Shown in pieces: positions 27,075 through 35,730 of a stretch of 54,574 nt of DNA; positions within the stretch are counted from its first letter, which is position 1, and every line of letters begins with the position of its first letter. Below the pieces are notes generated by a model. The model was given only the letters and a program-made list of their open reading frames with translations. It searched no databases and was not told where the DNA came from. The stretch comes from Deltaproteobacteria bacterium (GTDB lineage: Bacteria; Myxococcota_A; UBA9160; SMWR01). The stretch is taken from assembly GCA_032128375.1 (NCBI GenBank), contig JAQBGU010000037.1:1-54574 (forward strand), in the 5' to 3' direction. The position numbers and the translations under genes are program-made.

Positions 27075-28160
27075 CTACTGGTCCATGATGATGACGCTGC
27101 GAGCCAATTCGCCCTTCTTCAGGGCTTCGAAGCCCTCTTGGACCTGGTCGAGTGCGATGCGCTGCGAGACGAGATCGTCGAGGTTGAGCCTGCCGGAGAG
27201 GTACATGTCGACGTAGCGAGGCATATCGGTCCGGAATCGGTTCGATCCCATCGCCGAGCCCTGGATCTTCCTTTCGGACAGAAAATCGACGCCGTGGATC
27301 TCGATCTTCGTGCCGATCGGGATCATGCCGATGATGGTCGCCGTGCCGCCCGAGCGCAGCATCCGCCAGGCCTGTTCGGTCGAGACCTTCAGGCCGATCG
27401 CTTCGAAAGAATACTCGACACCGCCGCTGGTCAGTTCGCGGACCTGCTCGACGGGGTCGCCCTCGCTCGCGTTGACGACATCTGTCGCGCCGAACTTCTT
27501 GGCCAACTCGAGCTTGTTCGGCACCCTGTCGACGGCAATCACCCGGCTGGCGCCGGCCATCTGCGCCCCCTGCACGCAGTTCAGCCCGACGCCGCCACAA
27601 CCAACCACCGCGACCGTCGAACCGGCATGGATCCGAGCGGTGTTGAAAACCGCCCCCACACCCGTCGTCACACCGCAGCCGATCAGGGCCGCACAATCGA
27701 GCGGCATGTCCTTTCGGATCTTCACGACGGCGTTCTCGTGCACGAGCATCTGCTCAGCGTACGAGGACAGCTCGAGAAACTGGTTGATCGTTTCGTCAGC
27801 TTTGGTCAAGCGCGGCGGAGCATCCGGCCCGCGACGCAAGCCATGCTTGGCACACAGCGACGGCCGACCCGACAAGCAGTACTCACACTGGCCGCAGAAG
27901 GCCGACAAACAGGTGATGACGTGGTCGCCCGGCACAACGTGCGTCACGTCCGGGCCGATCTGCTCCACGACCCCGGCGGATTCGTGACCGAGCACGGTGG
28001 GCATGGGATGGAAATATGCGCCAGTCTGAAAGTGCAGATCGCTGTGGCAGACGCCAGCCGCTGCGGTGCGGATCAGCACCTCCTTGCGCTGCGGCTTGCT
28101 GATCTGGATGTCTTCGATTGCGAGGGGCTCGTTCACGCCCCGGAGTACTGCAGCTTTCAT
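27075..28160 (-). CDS. Zn-dependent alcohol dehydrogenase (MDR family)
   Basis: GVCHSD, GHES, CGQCEYC...C, IGCGVTTG, GCGGVG; GGAGG RBS. Confidence 0.95.
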   Translation of the reverse strand: MKAAVLRGVNEPLAIEDIQISKPQRKEVLIRTAAAGVCHSDLHFQTGAYFHPMPTVLGHESAGVVEQIGPDVTHVVPGDHVITCLSAFCGQCEYCLSGRPSLCAKHGLRRGPDAPPRLTKADETINQFLELSSYAEQMLVHENAVVKIRKDMPLDCAALIGCGVTTGVGAVFNTARIHAGSTVAVVGCGGVGLNCVQGAQMAGASRVIAVDRVPNKLELAKKFGATDVVNASEGDPVEQVRELTSGGVEYSFEAIGLKVSTEQAWRMLRSGGTATIIGMIPIGTKIEIHGVDFLSERKIQGSAMGSNRFRTDMPRYVDMYLSGRLNLDDLVSQRIALDQVQEGFEALKKGELARSVIIMDQ

Positions 28161-28211
28161 GTTGACCTCCTCAGTGAGGGACTTCCTTTCGGTACACCTG
28201 ATTTCCCATCT

Positions 28212-28227
28212 TGGACCAAAGGGTCCA
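28212..28227. promoter_or_regulatory. Candidate operator palindrome TGGACC-N4-GGTCCA
   Basis: Perfect 6-bp arms in the divergent ADH/VOC intergenic region. Confidence 0.4.
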
Positions 28228-28294
28228 GTCGGGTCAATCGTCGGAACCCCCCGATCTGATCTACGCTCTGATTCGAAGGAAGGAGGTACGACCC

Positions 28295-28573
28295 ATGCTC
28301 GTTGGGATTCACCGCACCGCGATTTCGACTCCCGATCTCGATCGCTGCGCGACGTTCTATCGCGACCTGTTCGGTTTCGAGACGGCCTTCGACTTTTCGT
28401 GGGACGCCGGCCATGAGAGCTTCAAGCGGACTCACGCCGAGCCGGAGACGGCCGGGCGCGTGGTGATGCCGGTACCAAAGGCTTATATCAAGTGCTGCTA
28501 TGGCCGAGACCCGGACGGCAATCTGATCGAATTGATCGAGTACTTCGACCACGTCGTGGACGGGTCGGACTGA
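28295..28573 (+). pseudogene. VOC/glyoxalase family gene, probably internally deleted (92 aa)
   Basis: N-terminal GIHRTAISTPDL..FYRDLFGF and C-terminal YGRDPDGNLIELIE are present, but the central E..H metal-binding segment is absent; AGGAGG RBS. Confidence 0.6.
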
Positions 28574-28588
28574 ATCGGTCCCGCCGGG

Positions 28589-30559
28589 ATGGAGTTCGAG
28601 CCGATACTGATTTCAACGGCGCTCGCGCTGGCCATGTTCCCGCTGCTGGTGATCGGGTTGACGGGTGCGGGGCGTGCGGCGATTGCGACCGTGCTCGTGT
28701 TCGGCGTCTCGCTGCCTGTCGTGACGTTCGCTCGCCAGGCGTATTTGTCGCCGACTGCGATCGACCCAGCGGTACTCGACCGGCCAACGGTCGCACCCCA
28801 TCAGGACTACGTATCGTCGTCGCGCTGTCGCTCGTGTCATCCGTCAGAATATGCGAGTTGGGATCACTCCTACCACCAGAGCATGACGCAGGAGGCGGTC
28901 GTCGGGTCGGTCGCGGGGAAATTCGATGACGTGACGCTCACCGCGGGAGACTGGAGCTATCACCTCGAGCGCCGAGGCGACGAATTCTGGGCGATCATCG
29001 AAAGGCCAGATAACCCCAGCGGCGAGGGCGCGGGCCCGCGGGTAGTCGAGAAGCCCATCGTGCTGACGACGGGATCGCATCACTACCAGGTGTATTGGCT
29101 TCCCGATACCAAGAAGGGCGTGTTGCGTGCATTTCCGTTCGCGTTTCTGCTCGATGAGCAGAAATGGATTCCGCGCAAAGCAGCGTTCCTGTCGCCGCCC
29201 ACTGGCCCTCGGCACGAAGAGCAGGCGCGCTGGAACAACGGGTGCGCGAAGTGCCATTCGCTGGATGCGAAGTGGCGTCCGATTCGGCCGAAGACGGATA
29301 CGCAGACCGCAGAACTGGGGATCTCGTGCGAGGCGTGTCACGGCCCTGGGCAAGAGCACGTGCGCGCGAATCGAGATCCGTCGCGTCGCTACGCGCAACA
29401 CTGGGCCGCGGACGGCGACCCGTCGATCGTGCAACCCGAGCGAGTCGATGCGCGGCGCGCATCGGAGATCTGCGGTCAGTGCCACGCGATTTCGCGCTTC
29501 CCGAACCGCGATGAGTTCAACCAATGGGCCCACAACGGCTATGCGTTCCGTCCGGGCGATGTGCTCGCCGATACCCGCGCCATTGTTCGCGGCGTCATGG
29601 ATCGAAATTCGCCGCAGATGCAGGCGCATCTGTCAGAGCTGCCGGATTTCATCGAGGACAGCTTCTGGCCCGATGGCGCCGTGCGTATTGCGGGGCGCGA
29701 ATACAACGGGCTGCTCGAAACACCCTGCTACCAGCGCGGCGAGATGTCCTGCCTTTCCTGTCACTCGATGCACCAGCAAGCGGACGATCCGCGGCCGGTT
29801 GCCGAGTGGGCCGACGACCAGTTGAAACCCGGCATGCGCGGAAACCGCGCGTGCGTACAGTGCCACGAACGCTTCGAGAGCGAGCAGAGTCTGACCGCGC
29901 ACTCGAATCACTCTGCTGGCTCGAGCGGCAGCGAGTGCCAGAACTGTCATATGCCGTACACCACCTACGGTCTGCTGAAGGCGATCCGCAGCCATACCAT
30001 AGACAGTCCGTCGGTGGAGGGGAGCGCCACATCGCGACGCCCGAACGCATGCAATCAATGTCACCTCGACAAGACGCTGGCGTGGGCGGCCGAGCATCTG
30101 GAGGCGGACTACGGGATCGCTCAGCCGGTTCTGTCTGAAGACGAAAGGACGGTGGCCGCGTCGTTGTTGTGGTTACTTCGCGGCCACGCGGGCCAGCGCG
30201 CACTGGCGGCTTGGACGATGGGCTGGGAGCCGGCGCGCCAAACCGGCGGCGGCGACTGGTTGGCCCCATATCTCGGCCATCTGCTGTTGGATCCTTACGA
30301 TGCCGTGCGCTTGGTCGCCCACCGCGCGCTGCGCCGCCAACCGGGCTTCGAAGACTTTGCGTACGACGCTCTCTGGGAGCCCGCGCAGCGTGTGCAGGCC
30401 TCTCGGCGAGCGATTGCGATCTGGAGCCGGATCGGCCGAAACGAGAACCTCACGACCGGCGACAACGTGCTGATCGAGCGGGGCGGAGAGCTGAATCGAT
30501 CGCGTATCAGGGCACTGCTGGCTCAGCGCGACGACCGCCCGGTCACGTTCCGGGAGTAG
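28589..30559 (+). CDS. Membrane-anchored octaheme c-type cytochrome
   Basis: 8 CxxCH motifs: CRSCH, CAKCH, CEACH, CGQCH, CLSCH, CVQCH, CQNCH, CNQCH; two N-terminal hydrophobic helices; helical C-terminus. Confidence 0.92.
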   Translation: MEFEPILISTALALAMFPLLVIGLTGAGRAAIATVLVFGVSLPVVTFARQAYLSPTAIDPAVLDRPTVAPHQDYVSSSRCRSCHPSEYASWDHSYHQSMTQEAVVGSVAGKFDDVTLTAGDWSYHLERRGDEFWAIIERPDNPSGEGAGPRVVEKPIVLTTGSHHYQVYWLPDTKKGVLRAFPFAFLLDEQKWIPRKAAFLSPPTGPRHEEQARWNNGCAKCHSLDAKWRPIRPKTDTQTAELGISCEACHGPGQEHVRANRDPSRRYAQHWAADGDPSIVQPERVDARRASEICGQCHAISRFPNRDEFNQWAHNGYAFRPGDVLADTRAIVRGVMDRNSPQMQAHLSELPDFIEDSFWPDGAVRIAGREYNGLLETPCYQRGEMSCLSCHSMHQQADDPRPVAEWADDQLKPGMRGNRACVQCHERFESEQSLTAHSNHSAGSSGSECQNCHMPYTTYGLLKAIRSHTIDSPSVEGSATSRRPNACNQCHLDKTLAWAAEHLEADYGIAQPVLSEDERTVAASLLWLLRGHAGQRALAAWTMGWEPARQTGGGDWLAPYLGHLLLDPYDAVRLVAHRALRRQPGFEDFAYDALWEPAQRVQASRRAIAIWSRIGRNENLTTGDNVLIERGGELNRSRIRALLAQRDDRPVTFRE

Positions 30560-30664
30560 GCCGCGTTTCTTCCGAACCCCAGCGTCCGAAGTCTCTTGCA
30601 CTGGGTACTCCGGTCTGAGTAGACTGATGACAGGGATGACGCTCCGTGTTGTCACCACGTGGTC

Positions 30665-30955
30665 ATGAGTCATTGGCGCGGAGTCGCATCCGCGATTGCT
30701 TCGGCGGCGTTGGTCCTTCTTCTCGGATGCACCGGTGTTCTTCCCGTCGAGCCGGGCGGAGCTGTCGCGCTCGAGGCGAGCCAGGGCATTTTCGTCGTCC
30801 ACATCTCGTCGGAAGTCGAGATCGCCTCGATGGACTTTGGTCCCGGCGGATCAGTCGAGGGTCTGCCCGCTGGCAACCACATCGCGCTGTTCGTCGTCCG
30901 TTGCCAGAGCGACCTCGAAACAAGATTTGCCTACTGGACGATCGGATCCAGATAG
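30665..30955 (+). CDS. Small putative lipoprotein, possibly truncated
   Basis: LLG-C lipobox after a hydrophobic stretch; 3' end overlaps the convergent gene. Confidence 0.45.
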   Translation: MSHWRGVASAIASAALVLLLGCTGVLPVEPGGAVALEASQGIFVVHISSEVEIASMDFGPGGSVEGLPAGNHIALFVVRCQSDLETRFAYWTIGSR

Positions 30956-33189
30956 ATCGGTGATGACCAGGCGCGCTCGCGGGCCGGTGCCAGGCAGTCA
31001 TCGTCGATTGCCGTACGGAAATCGCCGTGACAAGGTGTCGTTTGCAGCGGGTTGCCGGCGTCGTCGAAGACGGTTCGCAAGTTGTCGGCGTTGATCGCCG
31101 GCCTCGCGGTTTGAATCGCGCGTGCGTAGTAGCTGACACTGGAAGCTGAGCCAGAACGGCCGTCGCGTGCAGAGATCGGGAATTCGGGGTCGTCGAAAGT
31201 GAACGCACAGCCGGCAGGGTGGGGCGGGCATTGGATCCGACGCCATGGGTCGTCGATCAGTGCCGCTAGCACCTCGGGGGCGGCCCCGCGCATATCCGCC
31301 GGTTGCGAACGCACTCGAACGATTTCGATTGTCTCGATCCGCTCGCGCTGGTCGCTCGGGTTGTAGCATTCGCCGCGGCACAGTCGTTCGTGGCGATCGG
31401 GCGACAAAGCCGCGATCGACTCGTCGCTACAGCCGGGCTCCTGGATCAGCGAGCCGACTGCGCGCACTTCGAATCTGGGAATCGTCCCCATCTCGACTTC
31501 ACTTCCCATCGGGGCACGCCCTCCGGGCGCATTCAGCAAGTCGAACCACAACAGCATCCGCGGCCCACTGGTTCCGTAGACCTCGCGTCGCATCAACGCG
31601 TCCCAGATCGAGCGCCGATCTCGACCGGTCGCGTGAACGCCGACGATGCCGCCTGGATACAGGAAACTCCCGCCGCGCTCGACATCGAGCAATCCGGCGA
31701 AGCTACGGGGTTCGCGATCGGCCGGTTGCGCGCGATCGGGCTGCTGCTGTCGCCCCATCACGAAGGGGCGTAGCCAATTCTCGATGGTGGGGCTGGCGAT
31801 GCCACGGGCATCGGTCATCAGTCGCCGCTGATCCTGCTTGTAGCCTGTGCCCGGACGCGACGCGTGGTTGTCGGTCGACGCGATGAATCCGAAGCGCAGC
31901 TCGTCCGAGCGCGTAAGTGCGTACTGCGCGGTTTGTTGCGGCCGGTAGTTCATCGCCGGCTTGAAGCAGTCGCGACATTGGTCGCAGTCGAGCCAGTCTT
32001 CCGGAGTGGTGTCGGGCAGCACCAGGTGGGGAGAAGTTCCCGCCTCCAGCGCAAAGCGCCGGGCGTCGCGCACGCGCGCGTTGCACTCGTGTTCCGGAAT
32101 ATCGCCGCAGCGCTCGCGCACGATTTCGCCGGCGCGCCAACAGCACGGATAGAAGTCGCGCGTCGGCGCCTGACAAATGGCCTGTCCCGCCGCGTCGGTT
32201 GCAAGGCCGACGCCGCTGCGAAACTCCTCGCTGTTGCCATGGCCCGACATGATTTCGAGCAGTCGCTCGGTCTCGGGCTCGTGGTTGCCCCCTTCGAGCA
32301 GAGAGTCGAGGCTCGCTCCGGGGGGTGCGTGAATCCCCCAGGCCATGCCGTGTGGAATGACCAGGTTCTCGAAGCCCCACGCAGAGAGTTTCGCGTAGAG
32401 CTCTGCAGGCGTGGACGCGTTTTCTCGGCAATCATCGGGAAGCGCGGGACCTGAGGCGTGGGTCGGGCAATCGGGAAGCTCCGCGATTTGGCGCGTCAGC
32501 GCCAGAAAGTCCGCGTATTCCCCCAGGCCGAGTGGTCCCGTTTTTTCCAACACGCGGACAACACCCATCGCGCGCGCCCGCTGCGTGACACCGGGAGGAA
32601 GCGCCGTGATGGGTCGCGTGGGAAGTTCCGTGTCCTCGAGACCGGGGAATATGACATTTCGGTGTCCATAGTGGGTCTCGGGCGTCGGTCCGGTTTGCGT
32701 CCACTCGAAACCCGTGAATGCGACCAGGTCCGGATTCTTCGGGTCGCCGGCCCGCTCATTGCACTCGCGAATGCTTTCGCGCGTCTCCTGCCAGTTGTGT
32801 CGAGTGAGGCCCTCGGCGTGATCATTGATCGAAAAGAAGTCCAAACCCGCGCAGTAGCGCGCGAAGTCGCACGCGTCGGCGGGCGGGTGCGCGCCCTCGC
32901 CCGCAAACATCGGCAGCGCGTACACGAACGCGTCGATGGAGAAAGTCGAATGTACGTGGAGATCGCCGAACAGGATCTGGCGCGCGTCAGCTTCGGGTTC
33001 CCAACTGGACTGATCTTCGATGGCGAGCCGCGCGACTTCTCGCGCTGAACGGATGGCTTCCACGCTGTCGGTCGATCGAGGCCCACCCTGAATGAGCCCC
33101 GCCGAACGGTCGGTTTCCGGAGCCGCGATGATGATGAGGATGGCGCCAACGAGAGCACCGGCCAGAGCGAAAAACGCGAGTCGTAGCAT
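30931..33189 (-). CDS. DUF3604 domain protein (PHP-like metallohydrolase fold)
   Basis: FGDLHVHS..S.DA, NDHAE, GFEWT, HRNVIF, FGFIASTDNH, REVYGTSGPR, YYARA, ERAWSSPI; N-terminal TM segment. Confidence 0.88.
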   Translation of the reverse strand: MLRLAFFALAGALVGAILIIIAAPETDRSAGLIQGGPRSTDSVEAIRSAREVARLAIEDQSSWEPEADARQILFGDLHVHSTFSIDAFVYALPMFAGEGAHPPADACDFARYCAGLDFFSINDHAEGLTRHNWQETRESIRECNERAGDPKNPDLVAFTGFEWTQTGPTPETHYGHRNVIFPGLEDTELPTRPITALPPGVTQRARAMGVVRVLEKTGPLGLGEYADFLALTRQIAELPDCPTHASGPALPDDCRENASTPAELYAKLSAWGFENLVIPHGMAWGIHAPPGASLDSLLEGGNHEPETERLLEIMSGHGNSEEFRSGVGLATDAAGQAICQAPTRDFYPCCWRAGEIVRERCGDIPEHECNARVRDARRFALEAGTSPHLVLPDTTPEDWLDCDQCRDCFKPAMNYRPQQTAQYALTRSDELRFGFIASTDNHASRPGTGYKQDQRRLMTDARGIASPTIENWLRPFVMGRQQQPDRAQPADREPRSFAGLLDVERGGSFLYPGGIVGVHATGRDRRSIWDALMRREVYGTSGPRMLLWFDLLNAPGGRAPMGSEVEMGTIPRFEVRAVGSLIQEPGCSDESIAALSPDRHERLCRGECYNPSDQRERIETIEIVRVRSQPADMRGAAPEVLAALIDDPWRRIQCPPHPAGCAFTFDDPEFPISARDGRSGSASSVSYYARAIQTARPAINADNLRTVFDDAGNPLQTTPCHGDFRTAIDDDCLAPARERAWSSPIYLDPIVQ

Positions 33190-33223
33190 TCGAATCAAGT
33201 TTCGGCTCGATCGCCCGGGCCAG

Positions 33224-34447
33224 TCAAACCCGGAAACGCCTCCATACTGCCCAACGGCGCCGAGCCAGCTGTTCCGCGCGTGTCGCGGGGTCGATCCGAG
33301 GTGTGTCGGCCGGAAGTTCACCGAGCACATGATCGATCGCAACTACACGCAACGACGGGACCGGTGCGACATCCGCACGCAGGAACCGCGCGGTCAATGT
33401 CCCACTGCGATGCCCGGCGGTGTCGAGCCAGTTGGGAACGCCCGGGTCGATCTCCGAGATGACCGCGCGAAACACGCCGTCGCTATCGATCACCCCCTGG
33501 TGTCCATTGATCGAACTCTGTCGGGACGCGTATTCGATGGCCTCCCAGTAGTAGTTCGCGAGTCCGACACTCCAGTGGTGACACTGCGGAAGCTCAACCT
33601 CGAGGATGACCGCCCGACCCGCTTCGCAGGCGAAGTTCCCCATCCCATAGGCCTGACCGCTCATCCCTGCGCGTTCGCCGGCGCCCTCGGGCTTGTGAAC
33701 GACGAGCGTGTTGGGCGGCATTCCGAGCATGCCGCGGCTCATCGTCTCCCAGAGCGTGCCAGCCTTGTCGAACCAACGAGCCAGTCGGTCGAGACGCTCG
33801 GCGACCTGCCCTGTGCGGGGTGGCGGGATCGGGTAGGGTGCGTCGATGCGCTCGATGTAGAGTTCCGCGGGCCGCTCGTTCTCCCAGTCATTGAAGTATT
33901 GTCGGACCAGCACGAACTCGGCGTTCGCTTCGAGTTGTAATTGCTGATTTCCACTGCCGGCGCCATCGGGGGATAGCGTGAGTTCGAACGAACCGTCGTG
34001 CTCGGTGACGAGATCGAAACCGTCGATCGATGCCAGGGTTCCCCAAGAGGAGATGTCGCCGTTGGCGAAATGTCCGAAATTCGCCTGAATGTCGATGTGG
34101 TTCGCGCTGCCGCGATTGCCGCTGATGCGGTAGCTGCAATCGCCGCGAATCGCAGCGAAGTGATACAGGCAATCGGGGTTGTCCAGGCCCCACGGCGTCG
34201 AGTAATCGATCATTCGGACGAAGATCGGGTAGTCGGGGTCGCCGTGCGTGACACATTGGGCGTTGCCCGATGCCAGAAAGCGTGAGAGGTATCGGAAACC
34301 TTCGGCCCGATCTCGCGCGGTGTCGGGAACCCCGTCTCCCAGAACCAGACGACCCGCGTTCTTCAGGCTGTCGCAAAAGTGGTCCCACGCTTGTCCGGAC
34401 ACCAGGCGAGTTTCTCCGGGATCGCCTTCGCTGTTGGGGTCAAACAT
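33224..34447 (-). CDS. DUF1214 domain protein
   Basis: RAEGFRYL, WGLDNPD..Y, YRISGNRG, VRQYFNDW, DPGVPNWLDTAG; GGAG RBS. Confidence 0.85.
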   Translation of the reverse strand: MFDPNSEGDPGETRLVSGQAWDHFCDSLKNAGRLVLGDGVPDTARDRAEGFRYLSRFLASGNAQCVTHGDPDYPIFVRMIDYSTPWGLDNPDCLYHFAAIRGDCSYRISGNRGSANHIDIQANFGHFANGDISSWGTLASIDGFDLVTEHDGSFELTLSPDGAGSGNQQLQLEANAEFVLVRQYFNDWENERPAELYIERIDAPYPIPPPRTGQVAERLDRLARWFDKAGTLWETMSRGMLGMPPNTLVVHKPEGAGERAGMSGQAYGMGNFACEAGRAVILEVELPQCHHWSVGLANYYWEAIEYASRQSSINGHQGVIDSDGVFRAVISEIDPGVPNWLDTAGHRSGTLTARFLRADVAPVPSLRVVAIDHVLGELPADTPRIDPATRAEQLARRRWAVWRRFRV

Positions 34448-34493
34448 GGGGGCTCCAATCGCGCAGTCGGACAGCGTATCATGGCCGTCGAAT

Positions 34494-34532
34494 TTCACCC
34501 TCCATTCACCCTCCATTCACCCTCCATTCACC
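34494..34532. repeat. 11-bp tandem repeat TTCACCCTCCA x3.5
   Basis: Perfect units in the divergent promoter region. Confidence 0.92.
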
Positions 34533-34564
34533 GGCCAGTCACCCGCTCATCACTGAGGTGTGTG

Positions 34565-35605
34565 TTGGATCGAATCATTGTTGGAAGCGGACGCTGTGGC
34601 TCGACACTGCTGTCGCGGATGCTCGCAGAGAACCCGGACACGCTCAGTGTGTTCGAGTATTTCAACGGTCTCGACATCGGCACCCGGTTCGCTGGCGAAG
34701 GGGTGACTGGCGACGCCTTCGCGCAGCTGATTTCGGCCGAGCAGCCTTTCGTCACGGCGGTGTTGCGCCGCGGCTACGAGGTGGCCGAAATCACCTATCC
34801 ATTCGGCCCTTCGGCGCGCTACCTCCGAGCAGCGCCGCTGCCATGGATTCTGGTGTCGACATTGCCCCGCCTATCAGACGCGCCAGACGGGCTTTTTGAC
34901 GAGGCGATTGCATTCGCACGGTCGCTTCGACCGGCGCCGATGATCGCGCAGCATCGCGCACTATTTGATTGGCTGGTCGCGCGATTCGAACGCAAGTTCT
35001 GGATCGAGCGCTCGGGGTCGTCGATCGATTATCTCGGAGAGCTCGCTGAGCAGTTCCCCGAGGCGCGCTTCGTGCACATTCATCGCGACGGACGCGAGGC
35101 GGCATTGTCCATGCGCGAACATCACGCCTATCGGCTGCCAATTTCGCTGATGTATGGGGCGCCCACGGACGCGGGCGTAGCGCTCGCCGAACTGGGGCCA
35201 CTGGATCTGCACGCGGAGCCGTCCGGTGAGGATCCGATTTCGCTGGTCCTGAAGTCGCGGCCCTCGGCGCACTACTTCGGCCAGTATTGGAACGACCAGA
35301 TCCTGCGCGGCGATGCGGCACGGGCGAGGATGGGGCCGGGTCGATACCAGGAGCTGCGATTCGAGGATCTCGTGCGTGATCCTCGAGCGGAGCTGGAGAG
35401 GATCGCCGAATTTTTCGAGATCGATTCAGCGCGCGGTGGATGGATCGAGCGTGCGAGTGCGCTGATCCATGAAATGCCGGCAACGCGATTTCAAGATCTC
35501 CGCGATCAGGAAGCCGAAGCCCTGTCGGATGCAGTTCGCCCGGGACAGAAGCTACTCGGACGCATCGCTGAGGCTGGCCACAGCAAAGGGGCGACTGCAG
35601 GGTAG
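34565..35605 (+). CDS. Sulfotransferase family protein
   Basis: 5'-PSB motif IVGSGRCGSTLL, 3'-PB motif FVHIHRDGREAALS, LRFEDLV; TTG/GTG start after GAGG. Confidence 0.9.
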   Translation: MDRIIVGSGRCGSTLLSRMLAENPDTLSVFEYFNGLDIGTRFAGEGVTGDAFAQLISAEQPFVTAVLRRGYEVAEITYPFGPSARYLRAAPLPWILVSTLPRLSDAPDGLFDEAIAFARSLRPAPMIAQHRALFDWLVARFERKFWIERSGSSIDYLGELAEQFPEARFVHIHRDGREAALSMREHHAYRLPISLMYGAPTDAGVALAELGPLDLHAEPSGEDPISLVLKSRPSAHYFGQYWNDQILRGDAARARMGPGRYQELRFEDLVRDPRAELERIAEFFEIDSARGGWIERASALIHEMPATRFQDLRDQEAEALSDAVRPGQKLLGRIAEAGHSKGATAG

Positions 35606-35730
35606 GGGTGGCGAACGCGATGTTGTGTCCAGCCATGCCGCGGGCGACACTAGTGCGTGCAACACGATGAGCGCGAAGCCGGAGGTGTCGATGCCGGCAT
35701 GCAATCCTGTCGCACCGGGTGAAGCCGACA

